Part shown: in pieces, positions 37,360 to 49,560 of the stretch | How positions within the stretch are numbered: the first letter of the stretch is position 1 | How the letters are laid out: every line of letters starts with the position of its first letter | NCBI RefSeq assembly: GCF_002105155.1 | Contig: NW_019028995.1 | Span: 682,001 to 746,000, forward strand | DNA: 64,000 bases | Direction: 5' to 3' | Source: Lobosporangium transversale | Lineage: Eukaryota | The notes under the pieces: model-generated | The model's input: the letters and a program-made list of their open reading frames with translations, nothing else | What the model was told of the DNA's origin: nothing | Database searches by the model: none | Made by a program: the position numbers and the translations under genes

Positions 37360-40242
37360 ATGATACCCAGTCCACAGATGCAACCACAGCGGCCTCGGTT
37401 ACCAGTATCAACTTCAAGTGGCACAGGTAGCAGCTCTGCAAACAATGCTAATATTGGGACTGTGGGCAATTCACCAGCATCCAGTACGACGCCTGTTCCG
37501 TTTTACAACGTTCATCAGCCATCCGCACGGTCACCACTCAGTCAGGAAACAACGCCTTTTGGACTCTTTCGACATAAAAACTTGTCTACTTCTGCTCTCC
37601 CAACAACTCAAAGTCCAGCATCGTCATCATCAAACCTGGCTTTAGCCCCAGTCACCTCCGCTTCAACCACCAGTTATTCTCCCAACTCATCCTATACCAA
37701 CCTTGCAGACTCTTACAACGCTAGCCAAAAGAACATAGATCCAACGTCCCGTCAAAATGCTACTTATTCGCCGTCAACTCCACTCCCACCTCCTTTACAG
37801 CTGCATGCCAAAATGAACAACACTAGTTCAAGTCCAAAGATCAATGGAAGGCCATCCTCTTTTCAATATGTAGCTCAGTACTATGCCTGGTGGGACTACA
37901 TTGCACGAGAGCATGATGAACTTTCGTTCAAAAAGGGTGATATTCTGTTAGTTAGCCGTGAATTCGATGATCTATGGTGTTTAGGCTCAGTCATGAGGCC
38001 TGATAAACGGACAAGCGCACGGCATGGTTTCTTTCCTTTACAGTATTGCTCTTTAGAAAGTCAATGTTATGTCCCTGCTACCAGAGTGGCTGCTCGTTCA
38101 GGAACAATACCAGGAACAGAACCAGGTGGCCGATTAAGCATCGTCCATCCTTTCAATGCCACAGCTCAGGATGAATTGACGCTTCGACCAGGAAATCAAG
38201 TGCGACTCATTCATGTCTTTGATGACGGCTGGGTCCTCGGGGAGCAGATCGATCATGCAGGAGTTGTCATTGCAGTGGGTGCGTTCCCAGCTTCCGTTGC
38301 TAAGCCTGTCACTGCCATTGTCTTGGAGTCTTTGGCCGCAGCATCAGGAGGGGCAACATTAGCAGGAGCTGTTGCTGCTTCAGTTTCTTCTCCGTCAAAA
38401 CAGAGGCATGGAAGCTCCCCTCTTGTTCCAACGGCACAAGACATTGGTCTCATTAAACTTTCTCGACAACGAGAAGAAAGTAACGGCAGCACGGGCCCTT
38501 ATAACGCTTTGTATAGTCACCAAAACTCAAGTGGTCATCTTTTACAGTACCATACCAATGGCAGCAGTATAAATAGTTCAACTTCCACCATCAAACTACC
38601 AGGGTCACCCACATCTTCGCCTTTTGCTCCTGGACAAAGCCATCGAGCATCGCCCCCCATCATTTCAGCGAGATCACCACTCTCAGGAACAGAATCTTCA
38701 CGCACTAATCCCCACCCTAATCGTACTAGTATTCAGAGCTTAAATGATGGAAAGCGGAATGGAAACAACAACAATAGCAGTAATAGCAACAACAATAATG
38801 GAGCAACGTCACCTACAGTGACGGAAGAACAAGTCATACGGGCTCTTCAGGATAGGCCAGCCCAGGATGCAATTCTTCAGTTATATTTAGCTCAGAAGGG
38901 CGATCCTAATATTGTGGATGCAAACGGAAACTCGTTGTTGCACCTGGCGATCATTGCACACTCACAAGCCAGTCTTGTTTTTCTACTGAATGCACCAGAT
39001 ATTCGTCTAGAACATGGATCTCCTATCAGTCCACTTTATACGGCGGTGCGCTTCCGCTCATGGAAGGCAGCGCAGCAGCTGCTTATTCAGGGAGCAGATC
39101 CGAATGTGCACGATGAACGCGGCCTATCGGTTTTGCACGTTGTGTTGCTGTTCATGACCAAAGGTGATACATTAGCAGAAGAAGTTGTTCATCTCTTGTG
39201 TGAGAATAAGGCAGATGTCAATTGTGTCGCAAATGACAAAAGAGTTATACCGCTATCGATCGCAGTCGAACGCGAACTTTGGGCAGAGGTTGAAATTTTG
39301 ATGGCTTATGGAGCAAATCCCCACTTGATTTGGGGCAGAGATCGGCGACAGAGCATAGGATTAGGACAGATGGATGGAGTTGGAGCCATTACGAATGGCA
39401 ACACCAATAACAACGCGCTCACAGCTCTAGCCACTACGACTAGCTATTTCAACGATCCTTTATGGGAAGCAGTGAATGATGATAAAGTCCATTTGGTTAG
39501 ACTACTACTCAAATTCTATTATGCCCCAACTAGCTTTGCAGCAACAGCAGCAGCAACATCATCTTCACCGTCGCCTTCTCCATCTTCAACACAGTCTTCG
39601 CAGTCTTTTTTCGGGCCTCAACACTCATTTCTGCATCATTCATCTGCATCGTCTTTTACTACCAACAATGGCAGTAGTACCAACATCAATATCCCTAATA
39701 TACCACATGGAGCATCTGTGCCTATGCCGTTTGCAGGAAATGGCGTAGGTGGTCCTGGAACACCACCATCAATCCCTTCACCGTCCTCAGCTCAATCTTC
39801 CCCGGGGTCAGCAGCCTTGGTTGGATACATGAGCCAACGTGCCAATGCAGCAGACAGTGTAGGGTCTCCAAAGTTGGCAACACTCCCAGGTGGCAGTGGT
39901 CATGTGGGCTCGTTCACCAATGCCAGTGCTAATCCTAATATGGTGGGAGGCTCAAACCCAATCTATGTGATTACACCCAAGGTATTACTTCAAGCATTGA
40001 CATTAGCGAAGGACCTGGGCCACAATGACTGTCTACAGGTGTTATCTCGACCTGAAGTAACGTTGAAAGAAGGAACCCTGTATGGTACAGGCAGCTATGG
40101 ATACAACCAACTTCACAGCCAGAGTTTCTATGGCCCGTTCCATAATGGCCCTGGACACGGGTCAGGAGGCGCGAATGGCAATCATGGTGGAGGCAAGGAG
40201 CACCGTAATCTGATTCAAAAGCTTACGAGTCTATTCAAGTAA
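37360..40242 (+). CDS. SH3-SH3-ankyrin repeat protein, 960 aa, single exon
   Basis: Two SH3 domains (AWWDYIAREHDELSFKKGD..WCLG..GFFP; HPFNATAQDELTLRPGN..DDGWVLG..GAFP). Ankyrin repeats (GNSLLHLA, SPLYTAV..GADPN, GLSVLH..ADVN, IPLSIAV..GANP). Confidence 0.9.
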   Translation: MIPSPQMQPQRPRLPVSTSSGTGSSSANNANIGTVGNSPASSTTPVPFYNVHQPSARSPLSQETTPFGLFRHKNLSTSALPTTQSPASSSSNLALAPVTSASTTSYSPNSSYTNLADSYNASQKNIDPTSRQNATYSPSTPLPPPLQLHAKMNNTSSSPKINGRPSSFQYVAQYYAWWDYIAREHDELSFKKGDILLVSREFDDLWCLGSVMRPDKRTSARHGFFPLQYCSLESQCYVPATRVAARSGTIPGTEPGGRLSIVHPFNATAQDELTLRPGNQVRLIHVFDDGWVLGEQIDHAGVVIAVGAFPASVAKPVTAIVLESLAAASGGATLAGAVAASVSSPSKQRHGSSPLVPTAQDIGLIKLSRQREESNGSTGPYNALYSHQNSSGHLLQYHTNGSSINSSTSTIKLPGSPTSSPFAPGQSHRASPPIISARSPLSGTESSRTNPHPNRTSIQSLNDGKRNGNNNNSSNSNNNNGATSPTVTEEQVIRALQDRPAQDAILQLYLAQKGDPNIVDANGNSLLHLAIIAHSQASLVFLLNAPDIRLEHGSPISPLYTAVRFRSWKAAQQLLIQGADPNVHDERGLSVLHVVLLFMTKGDTLAEEVVHLLCENKADVNCVANDKRVIPLSIAVERELWAEVEILMAYGANPHLIWGRDRRQSIGLGQMDGVGAITNGNTNNNALTALATTTSYFNDPLWEAVNDDKVHLVRLLLKFYYAPTSFAATAAATSSSPSPSPSSTQSSQSFFGPQHSFLHHSSASSFTTNNGSSTNINIPNIPHGASVPMPFAGNGVGGPGTPPSIPSPSSAQSSPGSAALVGYMSQRANAADSVGSPKLATLPGGSGHVGSFTNASANPNMVGGSNPIYVITPKVLLQALTLAKDLGHNDCLQVLSRPEVTLKEGTLYGTGSYGYNQLHSQSFYGPFHNGPGHGSGGANGNHGGGKEHRNLIQKLTSLFK

Positions 40243-40582
40243 TCTGTTTACCTTCCAACCACTATTCTTATTCTCATTCTTTTTTCTTTTTTTTTTTTTC
40301 CTCTTTTACTTAATTTCATATACCTTGACTTTTTTTTTTTTTTTTTTTTTTTTTCCCTTCTTCTTCTTCTCTTGTCACCTAATGCTTTCTATTCACATAT
40401 GCCTTATTTCTTTTCGTCCGTTATTATTATTATTTTGATTCTACGTTATCCAAGTGCAAAACAACAAATCTGTATTTATAAACCCTGCCCTTGTTATTCT
40501 ATTTCGTAATAGTATTTATTATGATGATCAATGATAAAGAAAAAAAGAAAAAAAAAAAAGTAATATTTAAAAAGACTGAAAC

Positions 40583-42655
40583 TCAAGACCATCGAGTAGA
40601 CTCTGTACGTAGGGGTGTTTCCTGTTCCATTTCTGTTTCACTCTCATCATCGCCATTGTCGAGCTTGTGACGATTGTTGCGATATTGACTTAGAGGTGTC
40701 CCTGCACGTGTAGTTTCGTGTGAAAAGACATGTGAGTGCGTATAAAGATGCTTGTTTTCTGAATCACCAGGATGAGTAAAGGGGTTGTTGTTATTGTTAT
40801 TATCCTCATCCTCATCTTCGATTGAAAAAATAATATCATGGTCATGCTTTGCCGGCAAATTAGTCGTTGAATGAGCACTGCCACTACTATTGTCACCATT
40901 ATGAATGCCAGTAGCAGTGGCAGTGACAGTACCGTGTTTCGCAAGCGATGATGATGAGGCCCTCTGTGTGTACAATGCTACTTGGATAGTACATTTCTTA
41001 ATCCCATATCGTTTCTTGATCATCCTCCGTACAGTAGTGACAATAGCAGCAGCTTTTCGTAGGTCCTTGATCTCTGGTTGTAAATAAATTTCACCAGCAA
41101 GAGCAGCCTGTCCAATAGTCAAGGACCATACATATAACGTCTTGACTTCCAAAACTCCAGGAACATCACAGATGGCCTCTTTGATCTCTTCAGAATCCAT
41201 GCCTCGGGGTACACTCTCCATCAAAATAGAGACTGATCGCTTAAAGACACCCAAAGTGGTTCCGATCACGAGGATTGAGAAGACAAATGTACAGATCGGA
41301 TCCAGATAGGTCCAATCTGGAAAGAAGGTGATGAAAAGCGATGAGATAAGGACGCCAATGGATGATAAAAGATCACCCAAGACATGGAGTGTTGCTGCAG
41401 TGATATTTAGATTGACGTGGTGATGATGATTGGAGTGGCCGTGGTCGTGGCTATGGCTATGGCTGTGATCATGATCATGCTCATGATGTGAGTGTGATTT
41501 GTGAGTGAGGGGATCCAAATCATGATCGTGCTCTCCTACAGCTTGAAGAGGTACATGCCCTTGATGTGTATGGCTATGTCCAAATCCATGCGAGTGTCCA
41601 TGCTCATGATCGTCTCCATGGTGATGGTGATGTCCGCCTAATACGAACATCAAACTATAAGCGCAAAAAAAAAAAAAAAAAAAAAAAAAACAATATTAAT
41701 CAGTATTTTTTTTCCTTTCTATCATTCATCCATGTTGTAAGGAAGGACAAATGAGGGAATGGTGGTTTACATGATGTTCACAAAGACGCCTAAGCCTGCA
41801 ATAATAGCCATGGTCTTGCCATTAATATTAATTGGGTTCCTGATTCGATCGTATGCTTCAACAACCAGCGCTAATGTCAAGCCCCAGATCAAGAAGATGG
41901 AGAAAAGTGCACCTAATACTTCTGCTCGATGATATCCAAATGTATGTACAGCAGTTGAGGGACGGTGAGAGAGATAGATGGCTGCCAATGAGATCGCAAA
42001 TGATACAATGTCTATTATGATGATAGGTGATTAAAAAGAAGATAAAATAGAAAGAAGTTTATTAGTATGCATTGTCCACCTTAAAAAAAATTGCTGGATT
42101 TTTTTTTTCTTTTTTTTTCTTACCAGATAAGAGATGGAAAGAATCACTAAGAAGAGCTAATGAATCTGACCACAATGCACCCAAGAGCTCAATGATGAAA
42201 AAAGTACCGCACAGGGCAACTGCAATTTTAAGACGTCTTTGGTCCCTTTCTGTTTTCTTTTGCAATTGTAATAATGAAGGTTCATCCTCTTCATCCGTAT
42301 CGTGAAAAAAAGCAGCATCATCTTGGTGGTGATGATGATGGTGATGATCCTCTGTTGACATTGATGATTTTCCTATATCCTTATGTACATGTGAGTGTGA
42401 AGTATGGCTGCGAAGGTGGCTATGATGATGGTGGTGGTGTTCCAAGCGTTCATCCTCAGGTCCTGAAGATGTTGACATGATAGAATCATTTACAGTTGAT
42501 CCAGATAACTTTGAAAACTTTACAATATCATCCTCCTGATGTTGTGAATCGTGCTGTGCTGAAGAAACCTTGGTGCGACCAATACTGGTGTTGTCGTGGT
42601 CCATCAGTGGTAACAACGGCTCATCATCTTCATGAGCCATGGCATGGTTCACCAT
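40583..42655 (-). CDS. CDF-family (ZnT/SLC30) zinc transporter, 3 exons
   Basis: SLALLSDSFHLLSD, TFGYHRAEVLGAL, His-rich loop, NLNITAATLHVLGDLLSSIGV, DPICTF, LMESVP, VWSLT, TIQV. Confidence 0.95.
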
Positions 42656-44965
42656 CTAGTAAGTAGAGAGAAGGGGGAAGGAAGGGAAAGGAAGGAGGGA
42701 AGAGAAGGAGGGGAGTTTGAAGATCAAAACTATTTTTAAAAAAAAAAAAAAAAATTCTTCTTTTGGAGAGTTCAAGAATAAGATGACTAGTCAAATAAGC
42801 AATGAATGAAAAGTTTTTATTGTAAGAAAAAAAAAAAAAAAAAAAAAAAAAAAAGGAGAGTGGAGAGGGTAAAAGGTATAGGAATGAGAATGAAGGAAAG
42901 AGGATGATCCGATGGAGAATGAAGGAAAAAAAAAGAGAACAAAAAGAAGAAGAGCAGAGAACAGAAAGATGCTGATGGTGCATCGGGAAGGGAGAAGGAC
43001 CCCTTTCAATTGCTCACAAAAGTAAAAATACACAGTACGCATAAAATAAAAAAATAAAAAGACAAACCACCCTTTTTCAAGTAAACACATGCACATGGCA
43101 TTTGGGTTACAAGAATAGAAACAATGCGCCATTCGCCACTAGAGACGTAGAGACGATTTGTTCAGACGCAGGTGACCACTCAGGGCCTTGACATGAACTT
43201 CTGCTGAATTAAACACAAAGTTAAAATGCCCGTGCACAAACAGACAAACATGTACATGGCACTACTGGTTTGTGTTGATGATCCCCATGTTCTCTCTCTC
43301 TGCTACCATCACCGCCATCGATTTTTTTTTTTTTCTTCTTCCAGGACTTTTTTCAGTTCTTCATTATATTCGTTAGATATATGACCTTGTTTGCTTTATA
43401 AAAGAACAACTTCTTTTTTTTTTTTTTTTTTTTTTTTTATTCAGAATGGTTGCAGTTGTGGCCAGCAGTTACGCGTGTAAACAAAGAAAAAAAAAAATTT
43501 AACCTTCAAAGTGAAAAACTGTGGGAAATGCCAATAGCTTTGTCATACATTGTGATCCATTAGGGAGTGATATTCTACTAGTTGTACAATGGTCAAAACG
43601 GCCTTTTCATATTCATGGGTGGATGCAATTGATGCAATTGATGGGAAAAAAAACAAATTGTTTGTTTACATTTGTTATGGACCCGTTGCATATTCACAAG
43701 CGCAGAATTGGATACTGATGGGATCCCAGGTACAAACCGTGTCATGAGACAAGAGATTCGCCTATTAACAATTACTATAAACTCTTTCCAGTGGAAAAGT
43801 CTATATACATGTTTGTATGTGTTTATATACACTCCACGCTTGATTTTAAGTCAGATTTATCATAAAATCAAGCGTACTCTCTCTCGTGTCTCGACCAACC
43901 CACGTTTGTTTACATCTCTGAACATCAACTTTGCTGGGGTTGATACAGAACTGGCGATATGAACGGGACCGGACCGGAGCCGAGTCCTGGATCCGCGTTC
44001 TAAATCACTCTGTCCTGCCAAAGAGAAATGACAGATGAAGAGGATAGCAGCGCTATTTTTTGTTTTTGATCCTTTATTGGGATGTTAACTGGCGCCCCTC
44101 TCAGCCTTTTTTTTTTCTAAAAAAAATCTGCGACTAGATGCATGTCACTGTAGCGTCTCTAAAACGAAGGCATGTTGCATTTGCGATCACCCAGGATACA
44201 ACCAAAGTACATGTCCAAGCAATAAAGGAAGAGCTCCATATTCAATATTTCGGTTTTGTCAACGTAGCAGGAACCTTGATGACCTTGGCGAAAGCGAACG
44301 ACCTGCGCGAAGGCAAAGGTAATCTACCCTTTGGTCACAGTTTATATAGACACAATGCCTTTTGGTTTTCGGTTATTCTATCGCCTCTTCAACTTCACGT
44401 CCACTACAGCGGGTTTTAAACCTACCTATCTGTTGGTCCTCCATCCAATGCTGTGGTTGCCAAATAATCTTCTTCTTTCATGTAGTTTACTTTGTCTTTA
44501 TTTCTAAATTTTATTCTATTTTTTGGCAGTAGTAAAATAACCGAGGCTTTAATCATTTTCATATATTTACTATCCAAGTATTTGTGTGGCATTCTGTTAT
44601 CGTTTGCTGTTGCAGTCAAAGTTTTATCCATGTTTATATCACGAGGAAAGAGCCGACCATTTAAACTAATAGTTTTTAAGGAAGAGAGCTGAAGGGATTT
44701 TGAAGGGCTACAGAATCATGATGCATTAAATTCATGGTTAGAAGGCTCTAAAGGTTTGAGTCGGTTCCCAACCCTACTTGAAGGGTATAATAATATATCG
44801 AGGGATGAGAAAAGGGATGAGAAAGCCAGTAGGAAGAGATTGAGAGTGATCCTTGGCTTATTCGGGTATAAATATGTACCCCCATGGGCTTCTTTTTCTT
44901 TTTTTATTGTTATCATCCAAGTTCACCTCCATCGGATTTCTAAACTGCCCTAGTACTTGAAAACA

Positions 44966-45358
44966 ATGAAAGTCATAAAGCTCTGCTCTACCAACATCAA
45001 GGCTTGCAACTGGACTCTCCTCAAGTATGCCATCCCAATGGCTGCTATTGCTACAGCTGTCCTGGCTACAGAAGCAACCCGACCTCTCGCCACTGTAGCG
45101 GCAGGGACTGACGCTCATCTAGAACCAAAAGGCGAATTCACTCACCACTTTCTATGTCCCGCATCGAGTGGATTCTTCAGAAACCCAAGGGACTGTCGTA
45201 CCTATTGTAAGTGCTTTTGAGGCATTCCATACCTGAAATTGTGCCCTAATAACCTTCATTGGAACGATAACATTAAGCGATGCGACTATCCAGAACATGC
45301 TGGATGCCACTTCCACCCTGGTCATCAAAGCCACAAGGCCACACAGACTACCAAATAA
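44966..45358 (+). pseudogene. Small chitin-binding (CBM14/peritrophin-A) protein gene with in-frame TGA at 45218-45220
   Basis: Hydrophobic leader, then CPASSGFFRNPRDCRTYCKCF*GIPYLKLCPNNLHWNDNIKRCDYPEHAGC, a complete six-Cys CBM14 pattern. The frame continues to TAA at 45356-45358. Confidence 0.75.
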
Positions 45359-45928
45359 ACATCAGCATAACAGGGGTAAAATGGCTTATAGCAGCCAAGT
45401 GTTCATTACTTTTTGATCCTTTATCGCTCTGCCCCATCATCCATACAAGTGCAGAATTCTAGTACTAAGTACAAAGGCTTTGGATAGACAAATAGGTAAA
45501 TAGAAGAGTGTGAGAATAAAATATGGGCCCATACACTACATGCATGCGGTGTTTTTTTGTTTCTAGGTAAATGGATATTACCAAGTATCTATGTCTGTCT
45601 TCCTTAGAAACGATATGGGTCCTTCTGTAGTCCCATGTTGTAAGTTTATGGCGTGGTTATGTAGTGCATTATTGCCACTAGCTTCTACTGCTCGTTTAAT
45701 CAAATAATTTTGTCCGCATCTTTTGAAATCGACCAGTTCTTTTGAATAACAGGAAGTGATAAATTGATGAATAAAAAAGAAAGAAAAAAAAAAATCGAGA
45801 AAATACTTTGGAAGGAGTTTCTTCATTCGACACAAGGTTGGTCTTCTATTTAGTTGTTTCCGTAGAATATCATCTTTCTATCTTTCTTTTTGTTTATTCT
45901 TCCCTTTTTTTTTTTTTTTTTTTTTTTT

Positions 45929-46636
45929 TTATGCAGACTCCTCATGGTGCTTCTCAACCTTTCTCCATCCCTCGACACGTTTCTCCTTGAGAGCATTCAT
46001 GTACAGTTCAACGAGGTGACGGCAGTTTTGGTAGTGGTTAACGCCCTCAGCACGATGACACTTCTTCAATTCCTTTTGAATGATACGGCCCTCCATGGCA
46101 TTGATCCAGGATTCGCGGACAGCAAGAGCGCGCGAGCGGAGAACAGCTATGAAATAATTGTTCATAATATTGTTGTGAGTGATTATTAAATATCCCAAGA
46201 TAGAAAAAGATGTGATATTGTGTTCCATATGATGAATTGCAGCCTTAATCTTGGTCTAAACCTATTCCGAGCTTAAAGCCGGTAATTTGTGGTCCATAGT
46301 GTTGATATTTCGGACCAACGCTAATGCTGACTGATGGTCCTGATTCCATTCTATAAATTTTCATCCCAATTCCTAGTTGGTTATTATTATGTACAATGCA
46401 GTAACATAAAGTGTTCCGAATGTTGATAGGGACGATATTACTGAATGAACTGCGTGTCAACCAATTTGTGGTTTGAAAAAAACATCCTAAATGCCGAAAT
46501 ATCTGTGATCAGGGCGTAGTAAGGAATGAGAAAGATTCTTACCGGCCTTGTCATTAGGGTCAACTTCAGTAAGAGGGACGACATTGTCGAATTTACGGTG
46601 AGTAGGGTACTCCCAGCTGTCAGCAGTGGTGGCCAT
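45929..46636 (-). CDS. Complex I accessory subunit NDUFB10 (PDSW/12-kDa type), 2 exons
   Basis: MATTADSWEYPTHRKFDNVVPLTEVDPNDK is spliced to VRESWINAMEGRIIQKELKKCHRAEGVNHYQNCRHL (twin-Cys EGVN motif). Confidence 0.88.
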
Positions 46637-46915
46637 AGTGAAGTATGTGAAGTGTACGTGTTAAAGCTTTTAAAAGTTTGATTGATGAATGTCTTTGACC
46701 ATCCGTAGAGCGGCACAAAAAAACCCGAACACTGGACAGCGGCTCTCTCTGTCTTCTGTGGCTTTTTCTTAGTATGGAAGTAATTTTTTGACACTCATTT
46801 ATGGGACTGTCTCATGAGAGTTCCATTACTTTATTAATGGACCATCTCCATTTCTATTTTTTCATCCATTCCTACTTCGTTTCTTTATTCGATATTACAT
46901 CATCCAACAGTCGCC

Positions 46916-47413
46916 ATGGTATGCTTCAGGAGGGATAAACGAACATTACAATCATCTCTTGACCACACCCGTAGCTCAGGAAAGCAGGCAGCATTCATTT
47001 AGTTCATTCAGTAACAATATTTTTTTATTTTTTTTTATTGGAACGCGATCTATTTTACACGCTAGGCTAGTGGACAGGATAAAATCGTGGGTGCGTCCCT
47101 CTTGACTTTCAGTACCGTTGTCTTTGTCTATTATACCCTTTGGGCGATTGTCATGGTAAATATTAGAGAAACGATCTGATACCTTTGTATCCTTTATCTA
47201 ATGATTGATCGATCGATTAAATTAACTTTGTTTTTTTTGCAATTTTAGCCTTTTGTCGATGAGACCTACTTCCTTCATGATTATTTCCCTCCACGCGAAT
47301 ATGCAATCCGTATTCCCTGTGTGCTCTTAGTCTTTGGATTGACAGTTGTCTTGACTTTCCTCTCCATGGTTATGATCAAGAGCAAGAAGAAGGTTGAGAA
47401 AAAGGCAGCCTAA
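46916..47413 (+). CDS. DPM2: Dolichol-phosphate mannose synthase regulatory subunit 2, 3 exons (first coding exon is ATG only)
   Basis: ATG|gtatgc..ctag|ASGQDKIVGASLLTFSTVVFVYYTLWAIVM|PFVDETYFLHDYFPPREYAIRIPCVLL..MIKSKKKVEKKAA*. Confidence 0.92.
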
Positions 47414-47806
47414 AGAAAAAAAAAAAAAATCAGAATAAAGATAAAAATGAGAGAGACAAACCACAATTGGAATTGGGCTGTAGCAGCTGCAACTACAACT
47501 CCAACTACAACTACAGCCGCAGTTACAGCCACAGCCTGGATCAGAAGATACATTTGGTTTTTTTTTTTTTTTTTTTCCGGCACACATCCATCAACAAAAA
47601 AATGAAGAAAAAAAGGATCCTTGCCAGATGATTCTGGATCTTATCTGCTTTCATTCACTTTATTTTCTGTATATTTGCGATATAATTTACACTAAAGACA
47701 TTCTTGCCGTTCAGACAAAAAAAAAAATTGGAATGTAAACTTTTTTATTTTTATTTTTTTTTTATTATATGACAGGAAAAAAAGACATTGCATGGTAAAT
47801 GGGAGT

Positions 47807-48311
47807 TCAAATTGTGACGCCTTTGCTCCTCAAATCATTCTGAGCTTGCGAAATTTGCTGTGTTGATAGGAAATTAAGGTGGCGTTAGGGATGGATCTTA
47901 AATTGAAAATTTAAAAAGTGTCATGCTGCCTCTAAAGAAACATACCGTTTGTAGCTCAACATAGGCTTCAGGACAATCACGGAAAGTCAGGACATGATAT
48001 CCAATGTTACCAAGGCTGTAAGCGCCGAAGGTGACCAGCGCCCACCAAGGAAGCTATTTAATACGATACATGGGATTAAAGAAATATTGGTTTATGAATT
48101 TGAGCGCGTCGTATGTTTCATTATTCTAGCCTGCATTGAAAAGAGAAATGATGACAGGGGGGGCTGTCTTTTTTTTTTTTTGTCGTACAACAGGGAGAGT
48201 GAATTCCTGAACGGTCTTGGGCAGGGTAATGGGAAGCCACTGGAATAACAGGGCAAAGTATATAGCCGCGGTGATACCAAAGAAGGTAGCAGCCTCAGTT
48301 GCGCGAGTCAT
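47807..48311 (-). CDS. DPM3: Dolichol-phosphate mannose synthase subunit 3, 3 exons
   Basis: MTRATE..LPV|LPWWALVTFGAYSLGNIGYHVLTFRDCPEAYVELQT|EISQAQNDLRSKGVTI*, the classic DPM3 signature. Confidence 0.93.
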
Positions 48312-49560
48312 GATTTGATGTGATGGTTGAATGTTAAAAAAAAAAAGGGATGTCAATGAACTAAATGAAAGCAAAAGCCAGCAATCCTTGGTTGGTCATG
48401 TGATATAATTTATATAAAATAATTAAAAAGATTCAAATCTTTTTGGCAAAGAATCATGGAGTGCCTTGCATTGCATCCAAAGGTACGGGGGAGAATAATT
48501 TAGTTACCCTCATGACATGTTGATGACATGTAGTTAGTTTTCCTATAGAACTTGGAAACTAAAAGTTCGAGCCTTCCTACTGTACTAATATGAACGTTTG
48601 CATTTCTTCCACTTGTAAAACAGTTTCATGAAATAAGAGAAGAATGTTTATCGTTTCCGGATCACGCTGAACAGTTGCTCCAGATTTATCTAGATCTTAC
48701 TCAGGGTAAACAAAAAAATCTGTCCAAAGTTTGTTTGACAATCATGTATTATCTTGAGCAAACTCGAATGAAATTAACTTTTTTTTTTCGATCATATGAA
48801 TCGGGATACTTTTTATGAATGCAACTGTTAGCCAAGGATTTCGAGAACGTGCATGTTATTAAAGCGCCCTTGCTTGGAAGATGCTTAATTGAAGGAACGC
48901 ATCCTGATAATGTAAAAAAGAAAGAAAAAAAAAGAGGCTTAGAGGAAGCAGCTTCTGAACTTGGGGCAAAATAGGATTGAACTTTTTTTTTTTTTTTTTT
49001 TTTTTTTTGCAGGGCCTCCAATACATGATTTTACCCGCGCATACATCCGAGGAATGGTCAGTTGCCAAAATGGAGTTTTTGTTCGATGCTCTACAACAGG
49101 AACAGGACCTGCGACTGAAAGATGCAGCGAAATCAAAGTACGTTTAGTGTTATCCACATTCTGATGATAGAGTGTGGTATTAACTTGATTCTTGACAGAT
49201 GAAAATTGAACGTGAATATTTCCCAAAATTTGTTAGGATAACAATTGGTCTCATTACGACTGATTCCACCGTCACCTACCTGAATTTGACTCGCGGACTC
49301 TAACTTAAAAGGTCTTGTAATTAACAGTCACTAATTAAAAAAAAAAAGAGAGAGAAACTGACCATTTTTTTTATTGTTGCGCCTTGTCAGCAACACTCAT
49401 TGTGCACATTCAGACTCTTAGTATTTCCCACACAAACAAACATACAAAGGCGCCCTCTTTATTTCTTTCTATTTTTTTCTTTTTATTTTTGCTAATTAAA
49501 CAAACTCAACAAAACCTATTCCCACCACTCATTTTCGTGTCTTACAATTTACTCATTATA

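Noticed and set aside
44422..44690. Peptide NRIKFRNKDKVNYMKE resembling the kinase FHA segment NRRVQLKHKDKVNYLHE
   Set aside because: The match is short and in AT-rich sequence, and the other FHA motifs are absent. Likely chance.
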